The notes beneath the pieces were generated by a model. It made no database searches and was not told the origin of the DNA. It saw nothing but the letters and a program-made list of their open reading frames with translations. The position numbers were made by a program, and so were the translations under genes. Shown piece after piece: positions 36,876 to 46,561 of a stretch of DNA of 64,000 bases; within the stretch, counting starts at the first letter, position 1; the number at the start of each line of letters is the position of its first letter. This DNA is from an uncultured virus (IMG/VR IMGVR_UViG_3300043781_000019) (lineage: Duplodnaviria > Heunggongvirae > Uroviricota > Caudoviricetes > Herelleviridae), in the IMG/VR virus record IMGVR_UViG_3300043781_000019; one strand, written 5' to 3'.

Positions 36876-38032
36876 GCATCAGTAACATGCTTGTCTGTCG
36901 GAGCGGGCTGCTGTGGTGCTGGCGCTTGTGAAGCAGGCTGTTCCTGCTTAGGCTGCATCTGGGAACCAAACTGACTCAGCGGATTGCCTAAATCTTCAAT
37001 CTCCTGCTGTTCTTCTGGCTTTGCTTGTGGAACTGACTGCGGTGTAACCTGCTGTTGCTGAACTGGTGGCTGTTGTACTGGTGCCTGAGTAGGTTTAGCT
37101 TGTGGGACTGCTTGTGGCGCTACTGGCTGAGTTGGTGCCTGAGTGGTGGGAATACTCCCAAAGATAGGCGAGTTGCTAAACGTATCTTTGAAACTTGGCG
37201 CTTGAGTTGCACTTGTCTGTGGCTGCTGAGCTGGCTGTGATGCCAATTCAGCATTTTTCTGATTTAAAACATATTGAACAATGCTTGGATTTGTAATATA
37301 AGATGGCTGAATAAGCTTGTTAAGATCTTCTAACTGGTTTTCCCATCCCATTGGTAATGGTGGCAACGGATAATTTTGGGCAATTTTAACGTCATAATGA
37401 ACATGATTATTGCTTTCCTTAACATAGCTAACCTGAATTGGATATGCTAACCCGCTTGAGATAAAGCTCCAATCCTTTTGATCTTGTGACGGGTTAAAGG
37501 CATAAGCATTAAGCGCTGCCTGATTAACGTTAGGATTGCTCATAGGGTCTTCTAAAGAACCCATCAACGAATCCATCTGAGACTTAGAAAGTTCCATGAC
37601 GTAGACGTTAGGTAACCCGTCAGGTGTTGTAGCTTGAATAATTTTACCATCTGTATACTGCAAAGGCACAACATTTACATAGTAACGCTTGGATGGATAG
37701 CTATTACTAAAGGTAGTACCCATTAAACCTGCTTTATCCGCGCGATCAATATAAGCCTGAATTGGATCATTTTCGTCTCGCTTGCTAGACATAGTAAAAG
37801 CAGTTCTAAATTCACCACCCGACTTCTTGCTAGCACTTGTAAACCACTGCCTAAATTCTGTGTAGAATAGATTATCACTATTAGCAGGAGGCAATATACG
37901 GATCATCACCTTTTGATTCTTAGCACCTGCTCGTAAAATAGTCTTATTACGAAGTTCCTGAGTTGGATCGTAGTTGTCATCATTGTTGCTGTTTACTTCT
38001 TTATAACGATTAATTGCATCTTTAAGGCTCAT
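36806..38032 (-). CDS. single-stranded DNA-binding protein (gp32-like)
   Basis: IRILPP and RYYVNV motifs, P/Q-rich linker, position between UvsY-like and recA. Confidence 0.8.
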   Translation of the reverse strand: MSLKDAINRYKEVNSNNDDNYDPTQELRNKTILRAGAKNQKVMIRILPPANSDNLFYTEFRQWFTSASKKSGGEFRTAFTMSSKRDENDPIQAYIDRADKAGLMGTTFSNSYPSKRYYVNVVPLQYTDGKIIQATTPDGLPNVYVMELSKSQMDSLMGSLEDPMSNPNVNQAALNAYAFNPSQDQKDWSFISSGLAYPIQVSYVKESNNHVHYDVKIAQNYPLPPLPMGWENQLEDLNKLIQPSYITNPSIVQYVLNQKNAELASQPAQQPQTSATQAPSFKDTFSNSPIFGSIPTTQAPTQPVAPQAVPQAKPTQAPVQQPPVQQQQVTPQSVPQAKPEEQQEIEDLGNPLSQFGSQMQPKQEQPASQAPAPQQPAPTDKHVTDASVKDVLNDSGLGDVAKELFGGK

Positions 38033-38047
38033 TTATGTACCTTCCTT

Positions 38048-38539
38048 TTAATTTCCATAGTTATTTTCTTGACGCTTGTCCGCACCATATGAGATAAGCA
38101 TTTGAGCGCGTTGCTCAAAAACCTTTACAATAAACTGTACTCGTCCCATAGAGTAATCTGCGGTATTCACTCTATTCTGAGCTTCTTGGTAAGCAGGGTC
38201 TAATGCTATCTGGGCTTCCAACAAATCCTTAGTTGGTCTAATACCCTCTTCCAAATATTTCTGATATGCTTTGTTATAGCATTCAGCATGTTTTCGCTCT
38301 AGCAAGTCTTCTTGCTGTTTGAGTACCAGCTTAGCCTCTTGTAATACTGCACTCCAAAAGGCATACTTAGCTGGCTGCTCAATAAATGCTTTTTGATAGT
38401 TAGACTCATCTACTTCAAGCTCTTTTTGGATTGAATACTCATGCTTAATACCATTATAATCCTGTACTGTAATGGTATCTGTATCGAGATCATTAACATA
38501 AGCTTTCATTGCTTGCCCCCTTTGACTATATAGTAGCAT
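38048..38539 (-). CDS. UvsY-like recombination mediator
   Basis: EQPAKYAFW..helical..FEQRAQMLISYGA; syntenic after the polymerase. Confidence 0.65.
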   Translation of the reverse strand: MLLYSQRGQAMKAYVNDLDTDTITVQDYNGIKHEYSIQKELEVDESNYQKAFIEQPAKYAFWSAVLQEAKLVLKQQEDLLERKHAECYNKAYQKYLEEGIRPTKDLLEAQIALDPAYQEAQNRVNTADYSMGRVQFIVKVFEQRAQMLISYGADKRQENNYGN

Positions 38540-38560
38540 AGCCTTATAGCAAAAGTCAAG

Positions 38561-41500
38561 CTACTTTATAGGCAACTTGTCAATTATTTTTTCATATTGC
38601 TCTTTGCTAATGTCCTTGCTTTCTTCCATATCTTGTAACATCTTAATCTTTTCAAAGTAGTCAATGTAGGAATTATAGGAGTCAAAATACTTAAGCTTGT
38701 CTTTGTCTAAGCCTACCATGTCATTATAGGTTTTACCAATATCAACTTCTGCTTCAATTGGATACCTAATTCGCTTCCCCTTATAGTTGGTAAATAGCCA
38801 CGGGTAGTCAAGGTGCTCCATGACATATAAAGCTAGTGTAGATACCTTATCTATCTCTTCCTCGGGACAATCAATTAAGATGGAGTCATGCACAGTAGCA
38901 ATGATCACAGACTTGAATTTTGACTTTGCAAGTAGTTCATTCAAAATAATAACTGCTGTATTAGTTAAAATTGCCCCAGACCCTTGGATGATTGTGTTAA
39001 CAGACTGCCGCTGCGCCTTGGAACGCTTACCATAGTCAGTACTAAAAGCCCCACCAAGATTACGTCTAAACCCGTTTAGTGTTGTCACATAGCCGTTGTT
39101 TTCAGCAAACTTATGTGCTTTATCAATAAAGGCTTTGACTCGTGGCTTTGACTTAAAGAAAGTATTTATTTTTTCTTGTGCTTCCTCCAAACTCAATCCG
39201 AGGTCTTCTGCAAGTGCAGCGTCTCCTTTTCCATAAATCAAACCAAATCCGATTGACTTGGCGGCCTTTCTTTGCTCTACAATAACATCATCATAGGAAA
39301 CATCGTACATTAGGGAGGCATTAGCTGTGTGTATATCCTTCCCTTCTAAAAATGCGCCTGTCATACTGTCCTCTTTAGTTACTAAAGCAAGTATATGAAA
39401 TTCAAGAGAGGAATAGTCCAAGTTAATAAGTTTACCATTTGGAAATCTTGAAACAAACATACGCTTGATTGGGTACTTATAGTTAAACAAGTGAGTGTTA
39501 CTCTTTTCAGCTGGTAAGTTTTGAAGATTAATTTGGCTAGAGGATAACCTACTTGTCTCTGTACCAACTGCGGAAAAATGCCCATGTAGTTTCATGGTGT
39601 CATCTGTATACTCACGCAAGCTATCCGTAAAGCTACTACTAATCTTATTAACGATAGAAAACTTTGCAAGCATTTTGGTTAAGTCTTCCGTGTCTTTATC
39701 TCCAGCCTCTTTAGCCTGACTATTGACATAGTCTAAAGCGACCTTATTAGTTTTGTAGTCAGACCATATAATTTGTTCCTCAGGCTTGTTCTTTTTCCAA
39801 ACGGTATCTTTAATAAAATCTTTCCCGTATGGTAGTGCATACCCAAGATTTTTGTATAAAATGGTAGCTATATCATTTGCTCTACTTGCAGAAAACTTAT
39901 ACTTGTCATCTTTAAACTTTGCACGATAGCCAAAAATGGTCTTGTCCCGTTCCTTAGGAGGCTTAGCAAACTCCTTAACACCTTCATTATAAAGCCCAAG
40001 TTGGTACTCTTCAAAATCTTTTACTGCTGGGAGCTTTCTAATGTCATTGTTAAGTTCCTCGGCCTTATCTGCATAAATTCTAGTAATTTTGGTTAGGTAA
40101 GCATCATCAACCTGCATGCCATGATTTTGGATACAAGCTAAAGCATGTACTAGCTTAGGATAAAAGTTAAGGTAAAGGTCTTCAATGCGCCCATCTTTAT
40201 TTAGGGGGTCTTCTCTAATAAGCTGTAGAAGCTTGTTATGAACTCTTAGCGTAGCATCTGCATCACCGGCAGCATAATAGTACATAATCTCCATTGGAAT
40301 CCACTCATAGGAGAAATTACCCCCACTGAATACATTTGATGTGCTAATATTGGCTAAGTCCATTGTTGCTTTAACAACTTTATCCCTATAAAATCTGTTA
40401 ACTACCGGAATAAGAACCTTATTAAAAACCCAGTCTTTAACTTCATCTGTGTTAAACCCATACTTGTCAAGATAGGTTAAATCTGCTCCCTCTAGAAAGT
40501 TTGACAGGTTGTCCTTACCAAGCAATACCGTATCATCCTTATTGGCTCTATTTGCCTTTCTAACATACATAATTGCCTTATTAATAAGTTTAACTAGCCA
40601 TGTCTTGTACTCTTCTAGCGGCTTGTCATAGCCACCTATACTTGTCAAAGAAAAAGCTAGGTCAGATAAATGACGAGACGTCTTCTTGTCCTGAGATATT
40701 TCTAGATAATGACCCGTCAATGTATCAACAACATTAACAAAGTCAAGCTCTTTAGCATGACCAGTCGCAAGCATAAAGTGTTCATCGAAGGCAATATTGT
40801 GTCCGACTTTAATAAGCCTAGTATCCTTTGGCAATGTCATAGTAACCGGTACCTTTGGGTGAATGTCACCAATAGTCTTTGCTCTTGTGAGATCGTCAAG
40901 CATGTCAAAAATCTCTTTTACATCTTCCTTAGTAAAATAGCTAGGCTTCCCATTTAAAGTAGTACCTGTTTCCGAATAACGCTCACAGTGACCAACAGGA
41001 ATAGCGCAAGCCTTACCCTCAGCCCAAGCAAAGCTAATAACAATAATTTTAGCTCCCTTTTTATTTGGCTTCAGGGTATTGGTTTCAGTATCCCACCCAA
41101 ATTTAGCTGTTTCTACTGGTTTTGCCATTACCTCTCGCGCTTGCTGAATACTAGTAACTTCAAAATAATCAGGACGCTCAGGAACTAAAGCTTTGTCCCC
41201 TTTAGCTAAGTATTCTCCCAAAAGCCTTAGTGAGGCATTGCGATTAACCTTCCTATTTGGCTCTGACTCTATGTACTCCTGAGAAAACACAGGCAAAATC
41301 CACCTTTTTTTACCGGCAATATCCTTTTTAACCGGAACTCCTTGTGCTTTTGTTATTCCTCCCAAGCCAAAAAAGTTGGTTGAAATTGTTCCCATAGGGA
41401 TAATAATGTCTGGGTCAAGTTCTTTTATCTTTGAATTAACTTGATCACTCTTTTCATTAACAACACGCTTCCCTGGTGACTTGTATTTGACAACATCGCC

Positions 41501-41701
41501 CCTACGATTAACCCTATCTGGTTCTGGAATGGTTGGATAGGTAAAAGAGAACTCATAGGATTGGTGTTCTCGTAAACCAATTGTGGTAAGGTCATGCTTT
41601 AACTCTTTACCAGGTGCCGTCTTTCCATAATCAAGTTTGTTGTTAAATACATAGCTAAGCTTTGGATAGTCTAGTAAAAATAATGCTTTCAGGGTTATCA
41701 C
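38561..41701 (-). CDS. polA: family A DNA polymerase with N-terminal UDG-like and 3'-5' exonuclease domains
   Basis: DTET, HNIAFD, YAAGD (exonuclease); DYSSLE, RKAAKSIGFGLIYG, TVHDS (motifs A/B/C). Confidence 0.95.
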   Translation of the reverse strand: MITLKALFLLDYPKLSYVFNNKLDYGKTAPGKELKHDLTTIGLREHQSYEFSFTYPTIPEPDRVNRRGDVVKYKSPGKRVVNEKSDQVNSKIKELDPDIIIPMGTISTNFFGLGGITKAQGVPVKKDIAGKKRWILPVFSQEYIESEPNRKVNRNASLRLLGEYLAKGDKALVPERPDYFEVTSIQQAREVMAKPVETAKFGWDTETNTLKPNKKGAKIIVISFAWAEGKACAIPVGHCERYSETGTTLNGKPSYFTKEDVKEIFDMLDDLTRAKTIGDIHPKVPVTMTLPKDTRLIKVGHNIAFDEHFMLATGHAKELDFVNVVDTLTGHYLEISQDKKTSRHLSDLAFSLTSIGGYDKPLEEYKTWLVKLINKAIMYVRKANRANKDDTVLLGKDNLSNFLEGADLTYLDKYGFNTDEVKDWVFNKVLIPVVNRFYRDKVVKATMDLANISTSNVFSGGNFSYEWIPMEIMYYYAAGDADATLRVHNKLLQLIREDPLNKDGRIEDLYLNFYPKLVHALACIQNHGMQVDDAYLTKITRIYADKAEELNNDIRKLPAVKDFEEYQLGLYNEGVKEFAKPPKERDKTIFGYRAKFKDDKYKFSASRANDIATILYKNLGYALPYGKDFIKDTVWKKNKPEEQIIWSDYKTNKVALDYVNSQAKEAGDKDTEDLTKMLAKFSIVNKISSSFTDSLREYTDDTMKLHGHFSAVGTETSRLSSSQINLQNLPAEKSNTHLFNYKYPIKRMFVSRFPNGKLINLDYSSLEFHILALVTKEDSMTGAFLEGKDIHTANASLMYDVSYDDVIVEQRKAAKSIGFGLIYGKGDAALAEDLGLSLEEAQEKINTFFKSKPRVKAFIDKAHKFAENNGYVTTLNGFRRNLGGAFSTDYGKRSKAQRQSVNTIIQGSGAILTNTAVIILNELLAKSKFKSVIIATVHDSILIDCPEEEIDKVSTLALYVMEHLDYPWLFTNYKGKRIRYPIEAEVDIGKTYNDMVGLDKDKLKYFDSYNSYIDYFEKIKMLQDMEESKDISKEQYEKIIDKLPIK

Positions 41702-41758
41702 CTACTTTCATTAACAATCCTACCACAAATTTATACAAGTTGCAACAAAAAAGTCGCA

Positions 41759-42073
41759 CTATTTATGCGACCTTTCTAAGAATAATTTTCCTAAGCTGTG
41801 TACTTTAATCTTAAGCTTGTAATGAGCTTTGCTTTCTCCATACTCATGCGTGTACACATTATACCGGCGTCTTGAAGCAACTGGGGTTGGGTATACTGTA
41901 AACAATTTACCGAATTTAATTGGTTCCCCTTGAGTTAAAGCTTGCGCGTCAAAATCCTCAGCATGTTTTAAAACTTCCATACAGTCTTTAATTGTAAATC
42001 CTGTCATTTCACTAATATACTTTGCTTTGTCCGTTAGTTTTTTAACCATTCTGATCTTTCCTTGCCATATCAT
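41759..42073 (-). CDS. HU/IHF-like DNA-binding protein
   Basis: AKYISEMTGFTIKD..GEPIKFGKLF..RRRYNV..LKIK. Confidence 0.75.
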   Translation of the reverse strand: MIWQGKIRMVKKLTDKAKYISEMTGFTIKDCMEVLKHAEDFDAQALTQGEPIKFGKLFTVYPTPVASRRRYNVYTHEYGESKAHYKLKIKVHSLGKLFLERSHK

Positions 42074-42803
42074 CTAGTGATGCCTGCTCTGCTTTACTAT
42101 TTGCAACCATAACAATGTTCATTCCCCATGCTGACAGAGGATCCTTAATCTTCTTAAAGAAATTAAACTTTTCCTTCGTATAAGGGTGATACAAGCCATC
42201 TGGTGCCAAGTAATAGTAAGGCTTGCGCCAATCAACCATCTCATCTTCATGCAAAGGTGAAAAATCAATGTTAACCAAGTCTACATTTGTCCTGAAATTA
42301 GCCATGTACATTAGTAAGGTTTCTGCATGTAGATCTGGCATGAATCCAGGGAAATCAAACATCACCTTAGTTGCTTCATGAGCTTTCATAACATTATTAA
42401 CTAAATCACGATTAATGTTTTTATGCGCTCCAAATGTCCCATAGATAACTTTTCCTCTACCAGACTCCGCCATAGCGTCTAAAACGGCGTCACTAACAAG
42501 CAACTTAACATAATACTCGACATACATACCAGATTTTATCATGTCAATTACATAGTCATCAATCAGCATTTTACCCTGTTCATAAAAGTATCTGGTATCG
42601 TCAGCGTATAAGTCAGCCATGCTATTCTGCGCCATGATTTCATCAATATATGGCTTTGTACTAAAATCAACATTAACCTTACTATCAACATCTTTAGCAA
42701 GAGCTGTTGAAAAGTTATAATATTTATCTGTATTATATATGTTAAGACGCTTTTTTCTTCCTGTATGCTTTATCTTACCATTTGTTGGCTCTACGTATGG
42801 CAT
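42042..42803 (-). CDS. conserved Herelleviridae-type protein (putative DNA-binding)
   Basis: Syntenic upstream of HU/pol. Confidence 0.65.
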   Translation of the reverse strand: MPYVEPTNGKIKHTGRKKRLNIYNTDKYYNFSTALAKDVDSKVNVDFSTKPYIDEIMAQNSMADLYADDTRYFYEQGKMLIDDYVIDMIKSGMYVEYYVKLLVSDAVLDAMAESGRGKVIYGTFGAHKNINRDLVNNVMKAHEATKVMFDFPGFMPDLHAETLLMYMANFRTNVDLVNIDFSPLHEDEMVDWRKPYYYLAPDGLYHPYTKEKFNFFKKIKDPLSAWGMNIVMVANSKAEQASLDDMARKDQNG

Positions 42804-43348
42804 TAATCTTCACCCTCTAGAATAAATATGGTAGGCAACCCCAAGTAATATTTAAGCAACATATTAGACCTGATTTTGTAAGCACCCTCAATTTCTGCGC
42901 TAACCTCTTTAACTGCCTTAGGAAGATTAGCAATATAGGTTGCTTCAATACTTTTAGCTAAACTTCTATTATGATCCATATAGACATTTTGGTGTCCTTC
43001 AATATGTTTTAACATGTTCTTAATTGAACCTGCAAGGGAAACAATAGTCTTATTATAGGTGTCAGCGTCTTCCCCACTTCTCACCTTATTTAACCAATCC
43101 CAAATAGCTAACAGTTGAAAAGCATCATTAATATGCAAAACCGTGTCTCGGTATGCCTGAATAGGATTACTTGCTTTCTTAACACCCATGTTCAAAGTAT
43201 CATTAACGAAACCTTTAGTACTACTAGAAATATCAGTGGCAATCAACTTAATAGAATCTCTATCGAGAAATTCTTTAGACTCTGGTATTTCTTCTCTTAA
43301 CTTTCTTAAAATATAGTATGCTCCTGAAACTGCATTAAATTCTTCCAT
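42803..43348 (-). CDS. hypothetical protein
   Basis: Operon member. Confidence 0.75.
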   Translation of the reverse strand: MEEFNAVSGAYYILRKLREEIPESKEFLDRDSIKLIATDISSSTKGFVNDTLNMGVKKASNPIQAYRDTVLHINDAFQLLAIWDWLNKVRSGEDADTYNKTIVSLAGSIKNMLKHIEGHQNVYMDHNRSLAKSIEATYIANLPKAVKEVSAEIEGAYKIRSNMLLKYYLGLPTIFILEGED

Positions 43349-43981
43349 TTATACACCTAGATCCTTTATGCTAGATAGAATATTATCAACACTAGCAACT
43401 TTTTTACTGTTTTTCTTTTTCTTCTTTATCTTATTTTCCCAGTTCTTATCATAAGAATTAATAAACCAGTTTTTATCGAGGGTAACAAGTTCTTCCATTG
43501 TGAATGTTATAGTTTTTATAACTTCAATTCCACCTGTAACCTCACTAGCATACTCAATGTCGGATACCATATAGTGACTAAGCTTGTTGGCCATCTTGGA
43601 TGAATAAGGCATCAGTACAAAAGGCTTTACATAGTCTCTTCTAAATATAAGCATAAAAGGAGCACCTTCTGTGTGCCCCTCTCTTACTGACTGTGAAACG
43701 AACTTCGGAAACCAACTGTTACCATGCAAAACGTTCTCTAATGTCCATGATCCTGCATTATAAAATTTACACTCAACAATGTAAGGCCACTCTTTCCATG
43801 TCGTTATAACATCAGCAGAAATGCCAAAGTTCTTTAACCCGTGATCAGCACCAGACGTAGGAGACCGTTTAAAATACTCTCCTGTCCAATCTGATAACTG
43901 TTGCGCAATCTCACGTTCCAGTGAATTACCACGGCGTTTACTACTACGCCCTAATACCTGTCTATTTACCAATAGGAGCAC
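43349..43981 (-). CDS. Holliday junction resolvase
   Basis: SKRRGNSLEREIA..FKRSPTSGA..ADV..VECK. Confidence 0.85.
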   Translation of the reverse strand: MLLLVNRQVLGRSSKRRGNSLEREIAQQLSDWTGEYFKRSPTSGADHGLKNFGISADVITTWKEWPYIVECKFYNAGSWTLENVLHGNSWFPKFVSQSVREGHTEGAPFMLIFRRDYVKPFVLMPYSSKMANKLSHYMVSDIEYASEVTGGIEVIKTITFTMEELVTLDKNWFINSYDKNWENKIKKKKKNSKKVASVDNILSSIKDLGV

Positions 43982-44582
43982 TACCCTGCTGCTTCTTAAG
44001 TTCCTCTGCTAACTTATTCATACGTTCTTGTAAGTCCTTTTTAGTTTTTTCAACTGTTGCTTTTGTTTCTTCAAAGTCCTTCTTAGTGAGCTTCAAGTGA
44101 GCAGATGCGATTGTGTGGTAAGTTTCTTCATCAATCTTTTTATTTTTAAGCAACTTATCAGCTAAACGCTTAATCCCATCATTAGTTGCCATCTTGTCAC
44201 GGGCAATAATTTGCAGGTGAAGCAACTGATCTTTAAGATAGTAGTAATTGGTTGCCAATTGATTACGATATGCTGCCATAACAACATCAGTCAAAGCTTT
44301 CATACTTACCCGCTTGTTAGCCATTTTATCAAGCATCTCAGCCTCATCCTTGCTAAGCTTCATAGTCCCTGCTGATTCAATAAACCGTGTCATAAGAGAT
44401 AGCTCTGCTTCTGATGGCTCTGGGTAGTAAATACCCATAAGGTCTAATACATCTTTAACAGAAACCCGTTTTGATAAAGCATATTCAAACTTGCTTTTCT
44501 CTGCTTCTGTTAACCCTTCTTCACCACTAATAACAGCCTTGCTTACTAATTCAATATCTTTACTACTTGCTTTTTCTGACAT
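43962..44582 (-). CDS. hypothetical helical protein
   Basis: Operon member; internal KRVS repeat. Confidence 0.75.
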   Translation of the reverse strand: MSEKASSKDIELVSKAVISGEEGLTEAEKSKFEYALSKRVSVKDVLDLMGIYYPEPSEAELSLMTRFIESAGTMKLSKDEAEMLDKMANKRVSMKALTDVVMAAYRNQLATNYYYLKDQLLHLQIIARDKMATNDGIKRLADKLLKNKKIDEETYHTIASAHLKLTKKDFEETKATVEKTKKDLQERMNKLAEELKKQQGSAPIGK

Positions 44583-44908
44583 TATTTAACCTCTTTCTTT
44601 TCTTCACTGTTAATTGCTTTAAGTTGTTGCTTAACTGAATCTAAAACATCTTTTGACAATACCCTGTTCTTTTCTAATGCTCGTACAATAAGATCATAGC
44701 GAGCTTTATTAGCAACATACATTGGTTCTGTCGCATTCATAAAAGCATTAATAACATAGATAGCTGCCTTATCAACATCCATAAGTGTTGCTGGTTGCTT
44801 ACTATAGGTATCTTCTAGCTGCTTGCGTTCTTTAGAAACATCTTCACCATTAACCTGTTCCTTAAAAGTGAGTTTAGAATCTTCTTCAATCAATTTAATG
44901 ATGTCCAT
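44582..44908 (-). CDS. hypothetical protein
   Basis: AAGGGAG RBS. Confidence 0.75.
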   Translation of the reverse strand: MDIIKLIEEDSKLTFKEQVNGEDVSKERKQLEDTYSKQPATLMDVDKAAIYVINAFMNATEPMYVANKARYDLIVRALEKNRVLSKDVLDSVKQQLKAINSEEKKEVK

Positions 44909-44952
44909 TTTGAATCTCCCTTATTTAGTTACTAACTCTATTATAGCACACA

Positions 44953-46008
44953 TTATTGCTGATTTAAAAGAAACAAGTTGCTACTTACTGGATCAGCTCT
45001 CATAGTATGCCTTTTAATGACTTCAAATGCCTTATCTCTACCTAATGAATTTGCGTCTTTACCTGTTGGATTATAAACTAAATAGGTTTCTTTATGCTTG
45101 TCATAAAGCTTTCTCCCTAGCTTAACCAATAAATCTGATGCATCCATATCAAGCATAACAAGTATCTTCTGATTTTCCTGCATACTATCAATAATAAGCT
45201 TAATCTGCCTATCCGTTACCTGCTTGCCAAATGTCCCAACACCATAGGGATATAAAGTTAATGCATCTGGAACCCCTTCTGTGATGATAATGACAGGTTG
45301 TTTGCTTGCATAGTTAAGCCCAAAAACAACATCTTCTCGTGTGATAGCAGTGCCACTATCATTCTGTGGTGCGTTGATTGACTTAGGAATACTGTTAGTA
45401 ATTGATCTTGTGTTCCAATAAGTATAGTTACCTTTGCTGTCATAGCTAAAGAACACCACATGTTTTTGTATGGGTATTCTTTTACCCCTACTACTTATAG
45501 CGTACCCAGATTCTACATAGCCAAATCCCTGTGATAAAATTAACTCTCTACTAAAGCCACGCCGTTCTAAATAGTTCCAATAAGGAATTTCGCTAGGACT
45601 ATTACCATTGAAATACTTAAGCCCATAAGGTAACTCAGGAGGAGATAACTTGTTTGCTTTAATATTATGCTCTTTAGCCTCCATAGGCTTACCAAGAGTA
45701 AGCATAATGTTCTCATTGTTAGTTAGTTCATTGTTATAAGGAACACTATCCATAGAAATTCCAGCGTTAAACATATCATCTTGCGCCTGCTTAAAGCTAA
45801 CCTTTTTAATTCTCATGTAGAGACTAGCAAGATTTCCATGTTCCTCACAATTATAACATATCCATAAGCCAAACTTATTACTAGTCTCATCATTATTGAT
45901 ATAAAATTTTTGTTTGGGAGACCCACAAAATGGACAAGTATACCTAAGTTGCCCATTAGCATCAATATGACTACCTAATAATGGATCTAAAAAGTCACTC
46001 AAGCTCAT
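44953..46008 (-). CDS. DNA primase
   Basis: CPFC..CYNC zinc finger, EGVPDA, DMDA, KDAN TOPRIM motifs. Confidence 0.92.
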   Translation of the reverse strand: MSLSDFLDPLLGSHIDANGQLRYTCPFCGSPKQKFYINNDETSNKFGLWICYNCEEHGNLASLYMRIKKVSFKQAQDDMFNAGISMDSVPYNNELTNNENIMLTLGKPMEAKEHNIKANKLSPPELPYGLKYFNGNSPSEIPYWNYLERRGFSRELILSQGFGYVESGYAISSRGKRIPIQKHVVFFSYDSKGNYTYWNTRSITNSIPKSINAPQNDSGTAITREDVVFGLNYASKQPVIIITEGVPDALTLYPYGVGTFGKQVTDRQIKLIIDSMQENQKILVMLDMDASDLLVKLGRKLYDKHKETYLVYNPTGKDANSLGRDKAFEVIKRHTMRADPVSSNLFLLNQQ

Positions 46009-46561
46009 TTTTGCTAGCTACTTTCTTCATAAGGCAAAGCATGTTATAAATCTCGCCTAAATATGTATACTCTAAGTTTTCTTCCTTGGTACAATGTTTC
46101 AAGGCGTAAGCCTCTTGATTATAAATGTCAAACTTACCTGTTCCTGATTCAAAGGCATGGGGGTGATGCCTAATAACTTTCATCGTTAGGTCATCAATTA
46201 ACTGCCCCACTTTCAAGAACCCCTTGCTAACATCTAGACTATTATAGTCATCAAATATTGAACTTATACCAAGGGAATGAGCATGTTCTTCAATACGTTT
46301 GTTATCTGCATATACGCCCGCATTGTACCACTTAATAATATTTAAATAGTTACCCTTAATCTTAGCTGAAATTCTAGAGTTCCTGTGCCTAAATCTAATC
46401 TCTTTAGACCGTTCATCATACTCATAATAATAGTTTAAATTAAGCGGGTACCAGTAAGGAAGGGTATCTACAGAAAACTTATAAACATGACGCCATTCCC
46501 CTGGCTTTCCTTCCTTATCTACTGCAACTACACCAATTTTGTTACCAATCTCTACTCTCAT
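45995..46561 (-). CDS. hypothetical protein
   Basis: Translationally coupled in the operon. Confidence 0.75.
   Translation of the reverse strand: MRVEIGNKIGVVAVDKEGKPGEWRHVYKFSVDTLPYWYPLNLNYYYEYDERSKEIRFRHRNSRISAKIKGNYLNIIKWYNAGVYADNKRIEEHAHSLGISSIFDDYNSLDVSKGFLKVGQLIDDLTMKVIRHHPHAFESGTGKFDIYNQEAYALKHCTKEENLEYTYLGEIYNMLCLMKKVASKNELE

Noticed and set aside
36880..37250. P/Q-rich repeats in SSB as a separate element
   Set aside because: Low-complexity linker within the coding frame.
35089..41701. Group I intron or intein in recA or the DNA polymerase
   Set aside because: Both ORFs are continuous with ordered motifs; no intein splice signatures or homing endonuclease ORF seen.
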